The notes under the pieces were generated by a model, which worked only from the letters and a program-made list of their open reading frames with translations, had not been told where the DNA came from and searched no databases. A stretch of DNA of 64,000 nucleotides from Octopus sinensis. Its lineage: Eukaryota. Position numbers and translations under genes: made by a program. Within the stretch, counting starts at the first letter, position 1, and each line of letters begins with the position of its first letter. The stretch lies in assembly GCF_006345805.1 (NCBI RefSeq), contig NC_043014.1:43400001-43464000 (forward strand), in the 5' to 3' direction. Positions 23,615-37,439 of this stretch are shown in pieces.

Positions 23615-24127
23615 TAGGCACAGGTGTGGCTGTTTGGTAAGAAGCTTGCTTCCCAACCACGTGGTTCTGGGTTCAGTCCCTCTGCATGGCACCTTGGGTA
23701 TGTGTCTTCTACTTTAGCCTCGGGCCAACCTAGGCCTTAAGAGTGGATTTGGTGGACAGAAACTGAAAGAAACCTGTTGTATATATATAATATATATATA
23801 TATATATATTATCATCATCATCGTGTTTTAACGTCCGTTTTCCATGCTAGCATGGGTTAGACGGTCCAACCGGGGTCTGGGAAGCCAGGAGGCCGCACCA
23901 GGCTCCAATCTGATCTGCGATGGTGGGGGATAAATGCAAACACACAAGCACACACACGCTTGACAACCAATGCTGGTGTGTTTACGTCCCCATAACTTAG
24001 CGTTTCGGCAAAAGAGATTGATAGAATAAGTACTAGGCTTACAAAGAATAAGTCCTGGGATCGATTTCCTTGATTAAAGACGATGCTCCTGCATGGCCAC
24101 AGTCAAATGACTGAAACAAGTAAAAGA
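23615..24127 (+). mobile_element. SINE A with a SINE C fragment (23812-23915, minus) in its internal microsatellite
   Basis: Family A head and tail flank (TA)n and an inverted family C tail. Confidence 0.8.
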
Positions 24128-24140
24128 GTGTGTGTGTGTG

Positions 24141-24201
<61 letters not shown>

Positions 24202-24902
24202 CATGTGTGTTTACTTCCCCCTCTCAAATTTGGCATTGTAAATATGTGTGGGTGGTGTGCTTTTGTCTATGTGGTAGGTAGAAAAAGCAATGTTTATGGA
24301 CAACAGGTATAGTTGTTTGGATCAACACTGATATATAATAGTGGTATGTCGTTGACTGATTCTTAGTCTGAAGAAGTAGGAATGAAATTACATACTTTAA
24401 TATATATATAATCCCTTGTTCTGCTGCCTTAGTCATTTTAAACTACCCTAATCTTTCTAATATTTATATGTGTGTATAAATGCACACACAAACTATATAC
24501 CAGCTATATTTCTTTTTAATTATGATTGAACTAGGCAAGGGCAGACTCAAAGACACACAATCAACATAGGCTAGTCATTGGTGACTTTATGATATGACTT
24601 AGACGCGGTCATAAGCCGAGGAAGTTTTAGGGGATTCAAGATTTGCTGGTCAGACTTAGGTTCAAAGAAGTGCCATTTGTCTAACATGGGTTGATAGGGG
24701 TTCCTGGCTTGAGTTGGTTTGTATTCGAAGTCACTGCCTCCCTTGATGAGTTGGAGGATCATGCCATTTGCTCATATGCCTCCGGAGCCCCACTAAAACA
24801 GGGACTGTCTGAAGAGGATGTCGAGTAATATTGTGTGTGTGTGTGTGAATATAAATTAAATATATGCTTATACATGAGTGATCAGCTTTAGAATATTTTA
24901 TG

Positions 24903-24956
<54 letters not shown>

Positions 24957-24985
24957 ATATATATATATATATTATATATATATAA

Positions 24986-25128
24986 TCAGAGTTTCACGTT
25001 CCTGTTCATGAAACTCTGAGTAACAGCATTTGTTATATTTCTGCTGCTTTTAAATAAAGCATATTACTCTACCTCTGGTATTTGAGTACTCTTTTTTCCA
25101 CCTTGTTTCACATTATGTACTTACTCCA

Positions 25129-25130
<2 letters not shown>
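24986..25130. mobile_element. Family P copy in reverse orientation, hairpin partly collapsed
   Basis: Reverse complement of the 3535 element; GAGTTTCACGTTCCTGTTCATGAAACTCTGAGTAACAG; (TA)n on both sides. Confidence 0.75.
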
Positions 25131-25172
<42 letters not shown>

Positions 25173-25821
25173 TCACAGCATTGAGTATTTTAACTCTTAT
25201 TTCTAGTAATGTATATATATCCCTTGAAGGCAAGCAGTGCCTTGTTATGTTCATAATCTAAAGTATTAGATACAGTCTCTGTATAAACAAGTGAGCAGGG
25301 GTGGAGAAAGCAATGGAAAAACACAAATTAGTAGATGGTAGGGTACCAGATGTCATTGTATAATGAAATTAGCCAGATGTGGGTTGAATCTGTTTGTCTC
25401 CCACCTGGCATCCAGTCTTTATCTCTGCCTCTTTCATTCTTGGCACATGTTCCAGCATTTAATGCCTGTGTGTTTGTATGTATGTATGTGTGTGTGTGGG
25501 GTGGGGAGGGGTGGGGGTGAATAATCACTGCTCTCCCCCAAAATAATTAATAACTGAATTAAAATTAGTTTAATGTCAGTGAAACTTCTGTTGACATACA
25601 TTGACATGGAGAGGGAGGTGGAAGGGAGAGGAGTCCTGAATTGTACAAAGAGCAGACTGGTGGCTGGGTGGGGGTGGGGGGCAAAATAGAACCAAGCCAG
25701 TTGTGATAGAGCAGACCCAGTGAGATAGCAAGCATTCCAGCCATGCCCATCCCATCTCAGTTTTTTAGAACTTTATCAAATGTATCTTTTTTTTTTAAGG
25801 GGTAAGGGACTAATTTAACTA

Positions 25822-26291
25822 CTGTAAATCCTCAAGTATAGTCCGCCCTTGAGTATTATACGCAGGGAATTTTTAGGGGGCTGTACCTCTGAAAAACCTA
25901 AACTTTGTGTATAATACACACCCCTTCTCTAACTTGAGTCAAGGAGGTCTATATAACATCCTTGGTTTGTAAAAAAAACGTCCTTTATTATTATTGTATA
26001 TATAACATAATGCAAACGTGTAGCTTTTTAGTGCATTTTGTTTGCAGAAAATAAAGAAATAACAGTAATAACGTTTAATAAATGTTGCTAACTGCAAGTT
26101 ATGGATGATTTAAGGTATTTTCGTGCCCAACATCACAAAATGCGTCTGAATAAACATTGTTGGACAGCAAATAGAGACTCAGACATTGCTTAGAAAATAA
26201 TTTTATTTTTAACCTTGTATATAGTATGCACTAGGGATTTTGACCTTTAAATTTTGGGGAAAAAATGTGGATTATACTTGAGGATTTACAG
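25822..26291. mobile_element. pogo/Tc-type MITE
   Basis: Perfect 19-bp TIR CTGTAAATCCTCAAGTATA / TATACTTGAGGATTTACAG, TA TSD. Confidence 0.85.
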
Positions 26292-27664
26292 TATTTGCTT
26301 GTCCAAAAGCATTTTCATAAGCTTATTCTAAATTCCCATGTTTGTTTTCAAGCTTTTGGTTAACCCTTCCTTCATAAATTCTGAGAAAAATATAAAGCTT
26401 TCCTTTCATAAGTCTCGTGTTACTCCAGTGGTTCAAAAAAAAAGAAACACATGGAGAATGTGTTATCTTATATGATGAATAGAAGCCATGGAGCTATGTC
26501 CTGTGTATTGCATGTGATGCACTAGACAGGCAAAAAGTTAACCATTTAGCATTCAAATTATTTTGTCAAATGTGATGCTTATTTATTCACATTGTTTTGA
26601 TTTAATCAGGCATTATCTTGTTGCTTTGAGATTATGGTGGTACGACTTGTTTATTTTTAGAATAACATTGTAGGGTAGGTGTGAAAGGCCAGATCCTGTT
26701 GATTTGAACATAGAACAGGTGGAATATTTCATCCAGATATGGTTCGTTTAAATTGGTGATTCCCAAACTTTTTTGGGGCAGCTGCCCTCTTGGTGCCTGG
26801 GCCACATTCCTAGACCCCCCCCAACCAAACATAGACCATTTTCTACAGCATATTCATAACAACTGTATTTCACAAACAAAACTTGACCTAATTAACCGAC
26901 CCAGTAATATGTTTGCTTTTACATTCGTCACCCTCTTTTGGGTACATAACTGCCTACAGCAGACCCAAAAGTGGCGCTGCTCTAATAAAAGTGCTGCCCT
27001 CTCCAGCCACACAAGTGTCACAAATGAATCTTCATATATAAAAATTACACCGAGGAGATTGTTGCCCACAAACAATGGATTTATATAATTTTATTATGGG
27101 TAAGACTCACAATAATTGTATGTAATTTATATTTAATATTTATTATTTATTACATTGTTATATTATTATAAGAATATGATATAATATAGTACTATGCTAA
27201 TAAATTTTAAATTCCAATTTTTGAATTGGCAATTGTTATATGTATATATCCCCATTTTTTAAATTTATTTTTATAAATTTGATATATACCCATGTAATTT
27301 GTAAGGCTTTCTCTGCAAAATTGGGTATTTAACAGTAGAGCCAGTGAAAGATTGGATGTTTTTCATCCCTATTTTACATACGTATGTGTATGGATATATA
27401 TATATATCATCATCATCATCATCATCATCATTTAACGTCCGCTTTCCATGCTAGCATGGGTTGGACGGTTCAACTGGGGTCTGGGGAGCCCGAAGGCTGC
27501 ACCAGGCCAGTCAGATCTGGCAGTGTTTCTACAGCTGGATGCCCTTCCTAACGCCAACCACTCTGAGAGTGTATATATATATATATTTTTTTTTTTTTCA
27601 ATATGTGACTGCATGTGTATCATTGGCGATTTTCTTTCTCCGTCTTCCCTTCCCCTTTTCCTAT

Positions 27665-27700
27665 GTTTCTGACGAAGAGCTCCGCTCGAAATGTTAAATC
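27665..27700 (+). ncRNA. Minimal hammerhead-ribozyme-like motif (family R-related), canonical core
   Basis: GTTT-CTGACGA-A-GAGC-TCC-GCTC-GAAA-TGTT-AAATC; downstream TCCTGAGTGTCCAATAACAC resembles the 20904 and 53783 copies. Confidence 0.55.
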
Positions 27701-27794
27701 CCCCTTCTTTCTTCCTTTTCCTGAGTGTCCAATAACACTATACTTGTTCCACTTCCTCCTGTTGTGTTTTCTCTTAGTTTATGTTTGGATTAAC

Positions 27795-27858
<64 letters not shown>

Positions 27859-28759
27859 CGTTTAAAAGCAACAACAACAAAAACAAAATACAAATTACAA
27901 GAATGTATATAACCAGAAGATACAAATATTACAGGCATCCCCCCCACACACACACTAAATAAACATAGACGCACATAGAGATATAAGCATGCGCAAATGA
28001 AGACATACAATAGAAATACAAAATGGCTGACGGTTAGTAAGGAGAGACACAAGTAAGTGAGAAGAAAACAAAGGACCACTGATGCGGTCACAGGAGTGTG
28101 ACAAAAGAACTTTGGCCGAAATAAGATTAAGATTAATGTAAAAAATAAATATCACTGAAGCAAAATAACACCAAATATATAGTGCGTGTGTTTTTATTGG
28201 CTAAACTGGCAATATGACCATTCCGAAATATATATATATATATACATACAATAATGAAACTGGGAAACCTGGTCCAATGGTCTCTTTCGAGTATCGTGGA
28301 TGAACCATAAAGATTTGAACATCACAGCAACCATTTTATTCTTTTCCGAAAACACGAGGATAGTGGAACCCCACTGTCTTATCCTCAACAAAAAATACTG
28401 TTTCCATGTATGTATGTGTGTGTGTGTGTGTGTGTGAGGAAGCTATTGTATGGAATAAAAAAAGGAAGAGGAATGCGTATGTTAACCACACAGATTACAA
28501 CTGGAGTTCTGTACTGTGGTGGCGAGAGTGGTGGCTGTTATATAGGTTTGGAGCTGTAGCTAAAATAAATACCCAGACTGAAATAGGATTTCATGTTAAT
28601 CCTTCACTGAGAAGTCTTGCTAAGTTAATATGATTATTGACAAGTAGATTAAGCTTTGGTTCTGATTCATGTAGAAATACACACAAAGCCTTACACACAC
28701 ATGCACACACATACACACACACATACGTGTGTGTGCATATAGATACACACATAGGCACA

Positions 28760-28781
28760 CATGCCTATTTATATATACATG

Positions 28782-28826
<45 letters not shown>

Positions 28827-29270
28827 ATGTATGTGTGTATATATATATATATATACACACACACACATATATATATATACATATATATATGTGTGTATAT
28901 ATGTGTATATATATATACATATATATATGTGTGTATATATGTGTATATATATATATGTGTATATATGTATATATATATATGTATATATATGTGTATATAT
29001 GTATATATATGTGTATATATGTATATATATATGTGTATATATGTATATATATGTGTATATGTATATATGTGTATATATGTATATATATATATATATATAT
29101 GTGTATATATGTATATATATATATGTGTATATATGTATATATATATATATATGTATATATCTGTATATATATATGTATATATATGTATATATATATGTAT
29201 ATATATATATATATGTATGTATATATATATATATGTATGTATATATACATATATATGTACACACACAATA
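28760..29270. repeat. Long compound (TA)n/(TG)n microsatellite
   Basis: Direct reading; source of the long Y/I/V/C ORFs. Confidence 0.95.
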
Positions 29271-30778
29271 TGTAAAAAGATGATGGTGATATATTTTTAT
29301 GTGAATACCTGTATGTGGCCATATCTATGAGCGTGGTTATATTTTTCTTAGTATTACCAAATATATATACCTAGATATACTTTTTATCATATACATACAT
29401 ATATATATATATATATATTTTTTTATGCGCACGCCGATCACAGATTTTTTTTTTCATATTTTTTCTTCCAAGTAATTGCAGTTGGATTATCAATAGATTG
29501 TCTTTGTGCCTGTTGCGTTAGCTGGTGGTGGTCGTGGTGATGATGATGATGATGATGATGATGATGACGATAGCAATGATGATAGCCATTGTAAAGTGGA
29601 AGAGAGAGAGATAGAGACAAGATTTAATTAATAATTTCCAGATTGGTCCATTGCTCCGCTTTGATTCTCTTACCGAATGAGAGTTATTGAGAGTGACATT
29701 TGGAAACAAAGGGAGATAAATAAAATAGAACAAAACAAAACAATACAAAATAAAATGAATTGAAATATAAAAAAAAAAAAATAAAATAAATAAAACATCG
29801 GATATAAAATATAAATACTAAAACTAACAAAAAAACAAAACAAACTGAAAATTACCAGAATATATATACATAGAGAGAGAGAGAGGGGGGGATGGAGGGA
29901 GGTGGGTAAGAAACATTGTTTGGATTATGAAACCAGCTGTAAATTATAATGTTTTAACGTTTTTATTCGTTAGGAAATCAATATTGTTCTTGTAAAAATC
30001 TACATGTTAAAATTTGCTGACTTTAAAAGACGGGGGTTCTTTCTATTTCATTTTTATTACTGTGGTTTCCTTTCTTTCTTTATTTATTTAATTATTATTA
30101 TTATTATTATTTTTAAATCTGACAATTAAAAAAAATTTTTTTCTATTTTTTTTTTACTATTTTTTTTTTGGTTTTAATGAAAGATTCTATGCACTGTCAA
30201 TAAGTTCAACGTGCTTTAAAGAGCTACATTAATTATATCTCAAAGCATGATAATAAACACTGAAGAAATGTTCCACTCTATCCCCTCCCCCCACCTCTAT
30301 CACACCTCACTCCCCTTCCCCTCTTTCCAAACCTTTAACAGAAAAAAAAAACAAAAACAATAGATCGACAAGTGTGAATAAAGAAGTTTTTCCTGACTGA
30401 TGGAGTTTAACGAGATGTTGTTGGTAGGAATTAGCGTACTGGTATGAAACAGGTATGGCTGTACATTTAAGACAATTGCTTTGTGTATTAGAAGCTTCAG
30501 GTTCAATCCCACTGCATCATCACTTAATTTTCCCCCGCTGGCATGGGTTGGACAACTTGGACTGGAGCTGGCAAGGCTAGGGGGTCACACAAGGTTCTAT
30601 AGTCTATTTTGGATTGGTTTCCATTTATCATTTTGCTCTGAGGCTCAGGTGGAGAGTGATGTTACACACAGCGGCTCAAGTTTGAGAGGGTTAATAAATG
30701 ACCGAAACATGTTAGCTTTGAATGGATGACCTAACTAAACATGTTCATACTTCATGAGTGATGCTATTTTGCAGTGTA

Positions 30779-30940
30779 CCTTATTTTAACATGCATAATG
30801 AACCCCCTAATTTGTAGGGCTTAAAATTTGGAAAAATGGTTTTGTAAGGGATTGTAATACTATCCATGAATAAGAAACTCCCATATTTTTTTAACCTAAT
30901 TTTTGACAAAAATGGGTTCCTTATACATGTTAAAATATAG
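30779..30940. mobile_element. Degenerate pogo/Tc-type MITE
   Basis: TA-CCTTATTTTAACATGCATAA / TTATACATGTTAAAATATAG-TA. Confidence 0.55.
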
Positions 30941-31115
30941 TAATTTACATCCAATGTAAAACAAATATTGGAAGACAGATATAAAAGACTCCCTCAAAAT
31001 TAAATTTGGTTGATCCAGACCAGTGCTTTGCAACCAGTGTGCCACAGAACACTGGTGTGCCGCTGGACTGTGCTAGGTGTTTTGCTGAATTTTGGAAACA
31101 ATATAAGTGTATAAG

Positions 31116-31530
31116 TGTAGGAGTGGCTGTGTGGTAAGTAGCTTGCTTACCAACCACATGGTTCCGGGTTCAGTCCCACTGCGTGGCACCTTGGGCAAGT
31201 GTCTTCTACTATAATCTCAGGCTAACCAAAGCCTTGTGAGTGGATTTGGTAGATGGAAACTGAAAGAAGCCCATCATATATATGTATATATATATATATG
31301 TATGTGTGTATATATGTTTGTGTCTATGTATGTTTGTGTCTATGTTTGTCCCCTCAACATCGCTTGACAACCGATGCTGGTGTGTTTACATTCCAGTAAC
31401 TTGGTAGTTCAGCAAAAGAGACCGATAGAATAAGTACTAGGCTTACAAAAAATAAGTCCTGGGGTCGATTTGCGCGACTAAAGGCGGTGCTCCAACATGG
31501 CCACAATCAAATGACTGACACAAGTAAAGA
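31116..31530 (+). mobile_element. SINE family A, full length (a degenerate copy follows at 31693-32005)
   Basis: Standard head, body and tail. Confidence 0.85.
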
Positions 31531-32350
31531 GTGTACTGCAAGTGGGAAAACGTCATGGCACACTGATCCAGACAAGTGACACCTGCTAGTGGCAAAGTTT
31601 TTATATTGTAATAATGGGGGGAAAAACAAAGTTTTCCTCTGACATACCATTGTTATTTTTACTGGGAGTGCTCTTCTGGAGAAAAAAAAATTAATGTGGC
31701 TGTGTGGTAAAACGCTTGCTTCCCAAACAGATGGTTCTGGGTTCAGTCCCTCTGTATGGCACCTTGAACAAGTGTCTTCTTCTTTTATAACCTGGAGCTG
31801 ACCAAATCCTTGTAAGTGGATTTGGTAGATTGAAACTGAAACTGCTTGACAACCGATGTTGGTTTGTTTACATCCCTGTAACTTAGTGGTTTGGCAAAAG
31901 AGACATATTAGAATAAGCACTAGGGTTGATTCATTCTGCTAAAACCCTTCATGGTGATGCCCCCAGCATGGTCTGCAGTCAAATGACTGAAACAAGATAA
32001 AAGAATAAATCTTCCAATTTTTGGAATTGGAATGGAACTTGTCCAAGATGTTACGGGTATGTGAGGCCATATTTTAAAATTGAGAAGTGCAGGAATTTTT
32101 TGAAGGTTTTGAATGTGAATGGCTATAAAAGGCTTGACAATTAACAAAAAACTAATTACAAATTAACTGTTAAAATTTCAGCTAAATGGTATTAAACATT
32201 ATAAGCCCCAATTTAAGAAAGGAAATAACATGGAACCTAACGCTCTTTCCTGTCTCAGAATTAAATTTTATAATATCTAATATCACTAATATTTTAGCAG
32301 TTTAAGGCAGTGAGCTGGCAGAAATGTTAGCATGCTGGGTGAAATGCTTG

Positions 32351-32433
32351 CTTACTTGTACTTGTACTTGTGATGGCGTTCACCCAGGGCGGGTTGAGCT
32401 GGCTTCTTCTCTGTTCCTAACGGCATCACGAAC
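32351..32433 (-). mobile_element. RTE LINE extreme 3' end with (CAAGTA)n tail
   Basis: Encodes VRDAVRNREEASSTRPG*; homologous to 35188-35519. Confidence 0.75.
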
Positions 32434-32821
32434 CAGACACAGGAGTGGCTGTGTGGTAAGTAGCTTGCTTACCAACCACATGGTTCCGGGTTCAGTCCCA
32501 CTGCGTGGCACCTTGGGCAAGTGTCTTCTACTATAGCTTCGGGCCAACCAAAGCCTTGTGAGTGGATTTGTTGAGTGGAAACTGAAAGAAACTTGTGTGT
32601 CCGGAAGTGGGTTTGTGTACATGGGTATATATTTGTGTCAGCTTACCTGGTTGAAAAACAGGAACTAAGCACTCTTCCGTTCGAGGAACAAAGTTTTATT
32701 CTAGAAAGAATTTCCTGCCAAAAGAATTCCTGTTTACACCACATGTGTTTATTGATTGAATTTCTTCAGATTATTTTTCTTTGATTTTTTAGCATTATGA
32801 CAAGTTAAAATTTGGTGCTAT

Positions 32822-33232
32822 ACTCTTTTACTCTTTTACTTGTTTCAGTCATTTGACTGTGGCCATGCTGGAGCACCGCCTTTAATCGAGCAACTCGACC
32901 CCGGGACTTATTCTTTTGTAAGCCCAGTACTTATTCTATCAGTCTCTTTTGCTGAACTGCTAAGTAACGGGAACATAAACACACCAGCATTGGTTGTCAA
33001 GTAATGCTAGGGGGACAAACACAGACACACAAGCACACACACGCATATATATATATATACATATATACGACGGGCTTCTTTCAGTTTCCGTCTACCAAAT
33101 CCACTCACAAGGCTTTGGTTGGCCTGAGGCTATAGTAGAAGACACTTGCCCAAGGTGCCACACAGTGGGACTGAACCCGGAACCATGTGGTTGGTAAACA
33201 AACTACTTACCACACACCCACTCCTGCACCTA
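32822..33232 (-). mobile_element. SINE family A, full length
   Basis: Standard head, body and tail; inverted relative to the partial copy at 32438-32590. Confidence 0.85.
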
Positions 33233-33938
33233 TATTTATTAATGATTTAATTAGAGAAAGAGAGCTTGGACATGCAATATGTACACATAAACACTCACAT
33301 TATGCATCAGTGTATTGTTCGAAGTTTGTTTCTCAACCGCAATGACTTTGAGTGTGTGGGACCTTGGACTAGTAACTTCTACTATATTCCCAGACTGTGT
33401 AAGCTTCATAAGTGGATTTGTTAGATGGAAACTGAAAGAAGCTCATTGTGTGTGTACATGCGAGTGTGCATGGGGATGTTTTTGTGTCAACAGGTTTTGA
33501 CATTACATGACAGTTGTAACCGAGTGTCACTGTCATACAAGCAGTGTCCAGTTTTACATCTTCCTTGAAAATCCATCCAGCCTTGGAAAAATATTACTTT
33601 GCTTGGAAGCAGGTGAATTTTGGTGTCAGGGAGAGCATCTCTACCCATAGAAAATATGCCTCAAGGAATTCCTAATATGTCTCAAGGAATTCCTTCTGAC
33701 CCATGCAAGCATAGAAAAATGGATGTTAAAACAATGATGATGTTAAAATGAATATGAAGTACAACTCACCTCAGATCAACTCAGAGAATAAATACAATAA
33801 GAATAATACAATTGCTGATAACAAGAAGCAAAGTGCTTTAAAATGGAATTATTTCAGATGATAATGAAAATATATTAAACCATTATCATTCAGATTACTA
33901 TGTCAAATGTTACACTTATTTATTCACATTGTTTTAAA

Positions 33939-34167
33939 TTAGCCCTTTCGTTACTATATTTATTTTGAGATGCTCTGTGTTTCTTCCAATTATTTTAAAT
34001 ATAAGAAAGAATTTAGTAAAATAACATCGTTATCATTGAGCTAGTGTTAGGAACATAAATTGTGACTAAAATTTGGTGGAAATTTTGAATTCAAAACTTA
34101 TGAAAACAAGACATTTATACTAAAGAGCCAGAGCTGGTTTCAGCTGGGTTGGTAACAAAAGGGTTAA
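33939..34167. mobile_element. MITE family H inserted at the TTAA of a family G MITE
   Basis: G consensus ...GAATTAATCATGC is split; H ends AAAAGGGTTAA. Confidence 0.8.
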
Positions 34168-35187
34168 TCATGCATTATCTTGTAGCTTTGAGATTTCGAT
34201 GATATAGTTGTTTATTTTTTGAATGTCATTGTAGGGTAGGTCAGAAAGGTTGGATCTGGCCAGCTTGAATATAAAACAGGTTGAATATTTGGGGCCAGTT
34301 TAAATGTGAAGATCTTTCTTAGCTCCTGCTTGCTGAAAGAACAGCAGAGAAATACCATGTATATAAATGTGCACTCATACAACCACATACATTCGCACAT
34401 GGACTTACATGTATGTCTATCTTTCTAGAACTCCTAATTCGGCAAAATGGCTTCAAATTTTGGTACAAGGCTAGCAGCCTGAAGGGGTGGAGTTAAATAC
34501 ATCAGTTCCCGTGCTCGACTGGTATCTGTTTTATAGACCCTGGTAGGACGAAAAGCAAAGTGGACACTGGTGAGAGATTTGAACTCTAGGTGCAAAGAAT
34601 TGAAACAAACGCTACCAAGCATCCTGTCTGATGCACCAATCATTCTTGCTGCTCTCCGCCCTTAGCAAGAATCAAAATGGTAATCTTTTGATGTAAAAAT
34701 TTTTAGATATGCCAGCAATTGAAGCATAAATACCATTATAAATTTTCTTTTCCTCTTTTTCCAGATACATAATTTATCTTAATTGGCTCATTTATCAGAG
34801 AAGAATTTTTAATTGGTTTCCAAAATTAACTTTTTAGATGACACTAACATAGCATTCAGTATTATTATTTTTTTATCCATATTTGTGTTCTTTGAAGATT
34901 TCCTTTAGTTCATAATATATATTTTTGTTACAAAAAAAAAATATATATAGCTTACACTCCCAATTTCTGAATAGGCAAAAACTACAACAAAAAACTTTAA
35001 CTTCAAATATCTTAAAAACATGTAGTGTTATATAACAGTTTACATATTCTTTTATTCTTTTACTTGTTTCAGTCATTAGATTGCGGCCATGCTGGGGCAC
35101 CGCCTTGAAGAAATTCAGTCAAACAAATCAACTTTTTATAACCCTTTAGCATTCAGATTATTCTGTCCAATGCAATGTTTGTGCATT

Positions 35188-35519
35188 CTTACTTGTACAT
35201 GTACTTGTGACGGCGTTCACTCAGGGCAGGTTGAGCTGGCTTCTTCTCTGGTCCTGATGGCATCACGAACCATGGTGGCCCACACTCGACGGTCCTGTGC
35301 GAGGTCACTGGAGATAGCGAGCCATTCGCGGTTCCATCTGTGCAGACCGACCACCTGCAGACCTGAGAGTTCGGAGAAGTCCTCCTTTATCGTCGTTGCC
35401 CAGGTCTTCAGCTGACTGCCTGTGCGTTTGCACCAGATGGGAAGTGGAAGTGGGGGGAGGACATCACGAATCAGCTCACCCTCTGAAGCACCTTAAGCGC
35501 CGTTGTAGAAGCACCAAAA
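35188..35519 (-). pseudogene. RTE-clade LINE ORF2 C-terminal fragment
   Basis: LLQRRLRCF / GELIRDVLPPLPLPIWCKRTGSQLKTWATTIKEDFSELSGLQVVGLHRWNREWLAISSDLAQDRRVWATMVRDAIRTREEASSTCPE* (stop 35221-35223) plus CAAGTA-type tail. Confidence 0.8.
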
Positions 35520-36261
35520 GGAGGGACTGGAGATTCATGTTGTTTTGAATTAATTATGCATTAGTCTTGTAGCTTCAAGATTTTGATGAGGTGATCATTT
35601 ATTTTTTAAATACCATTGTAGGGTAGAAGTGAGGGGGACAGATTTAGCCAGTTCGAACATAAAAGAAGCAAGATATTTTGGCCAGATATGGCTGGTTTAA
35701 ATGCTAAAGAGTTAAATAAAGCTGTTAGTTTCAGCTAAGTTTTAGGGGACATAAACACAGCCAATACCAGTTTGTTATTTTTACAAGCGTTTAACTTTAC
35801 CATTAGGCATGTGGTCTTCTGGTTAGGGTGTAGCACTCTCAACCGTAAGATGGCAGGTTTCAATTCCTAGACCGACTGGTTCATTGTGTTCCTGAGCAAA
35901 AGACTTCATTTCATATCATTCCAGTCCACACAACTATAGAGGAGTTCCAGCAATATCTGGGAAGTTAACCTTGTGATGGACTGGTGTCCCTTTCAGGGGA
36001 AGAGTGTTGTAATCTCAGTCACATGATATGGAAACCAGTTTAACCTCCAGCCTTATGAGTGTCTTGCTTAAGGGCACTACATGCTGTTGGGTATTGAACG
36101 CTTGACCTTACAGCCATGATCTGTATACCCCTTACCACTAATCCATGTGTCTTTCACAAATGAAAGGACAGGATAGTCATGGCTGGGATGTCTTTGATGG
36201 TAGATCATAGGAATCAGTCACTTATGGCTGACATGGCGCTAAGCAACAACCCAACCCCAGG

Positions 36262-36563
36262 TTTGTTCCTCATCGAGCCATGCCTGGCTCATAAGGGCCG
36301 GTTTCCCGGTTTCCTTGGCATATAGGTTCCCCACCTGGACGGGATGCCGGTCCGTCGCAGGTAAGCTGCAAGATGCAGGAGGAAAGAGTGAGAGAAAGTT
36401 GTGGTAAAAGAGTCAGCAGAAGTTTCGCCATTACATCCTGCCGGAGCTGCATGGAGCTTAGGTGTTTCGCTCATAAACACACACATCACCCAGTCTGAGA
36501 TTCGAACCCGCGATCCCTCAACCGCAAGTCCGCTGCTCTAACCGTTAGGCCATGTGCCTCCAC
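36262..36563 (-). mobile_element. SINE family E (tRNA-like head)
   Basis: A box TGGCCTAACGG, B box GGTTCGAATC; TSD CCAACCCCAGG at 36251-36261 and 36564-36574. Confidence 0.85.
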
Positions 36564-37439
36564 CCAACCCCAGGTAGATACAATGTGTAGTTTGAGTTCA
36601 GCACTCTAAGCAGCAGCAGCAGCGAGAGCAAACATTGTAGTGAGTTTAATTTACGGAGATGGTTTCATTTTGTCCATACCAAGAACAAGAGCATCACACA
36701 ACAAGGGATATTTGGTTCCCTAATCTATTTAATACTACAAAAACCGAAATTAGGATCTGGTTGTATGGATCCTTATGGACCAGAATGGATTAGTTTCTTT
36801 TGAAAATGGCAAATGAATACTTCTTTGAAAAAGCTTTCATATGTTGTGGTTAACTCTTCTTTGTAGTTGATTCTGTTCCCTAACCTTATTTGTACCGAAT
36901 GTGTTTGCAATCAGTTTGGTTTTGTTAATCTAGCTGTTATTAAATTTAGTTAGCAATTTATATTATACCTCGTTGCTAATAGTAATGTTCGCGGATGTGC
37001 CCGTTAGCTGCAATCATTGTGTGTTATTGTGGGTGGTTGGGTAATTGGGTGGGCTAATTTCTGATTAATGGAATTCCTTATAATATTGATGAATCAAATG
37101 CCATCTATTGGAAGAAAACTAATTTGATCTTTTCTCTACAACCACTTTATCTGCCATTAGCTTTTATATATGTTTGTGTGTGTGTGTCTGTATATATATA
37201 TATATCTGTATATATGCATATGTGTATGTATGTAGGCTTGAGAAATGGTACATATATATATGCCATAGAATGTTTTATGATATATGTACGTGACTTTCTG
37301 TTAGTTTTCTTCTGTTTCATGAAAAAATGTGTGCTTTAATGTGTGTGCATGCATGTGTGTATTGTATGTGTGCACTTGTGTGCGTGTATTGTTATTTTGA
37401 AGTCAAGTTTTTGTACATGTAACAACAGAAGGTTTTACA

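Noticed and set aside
24560-24830. GC-richer stretch with 48-63-aa open frames on both strands
   Set aside because: No frame matches a family I recognise and the splice signals are weak; it may be a TE remnant or an exon, but is unsupported.
28620-29330. Long overlapping ORFs of 165-214 aa
   Set aside because: They are translations of (TA)/(TG) microsatellite; the same applies to 7406-7745 and 17885-18316.
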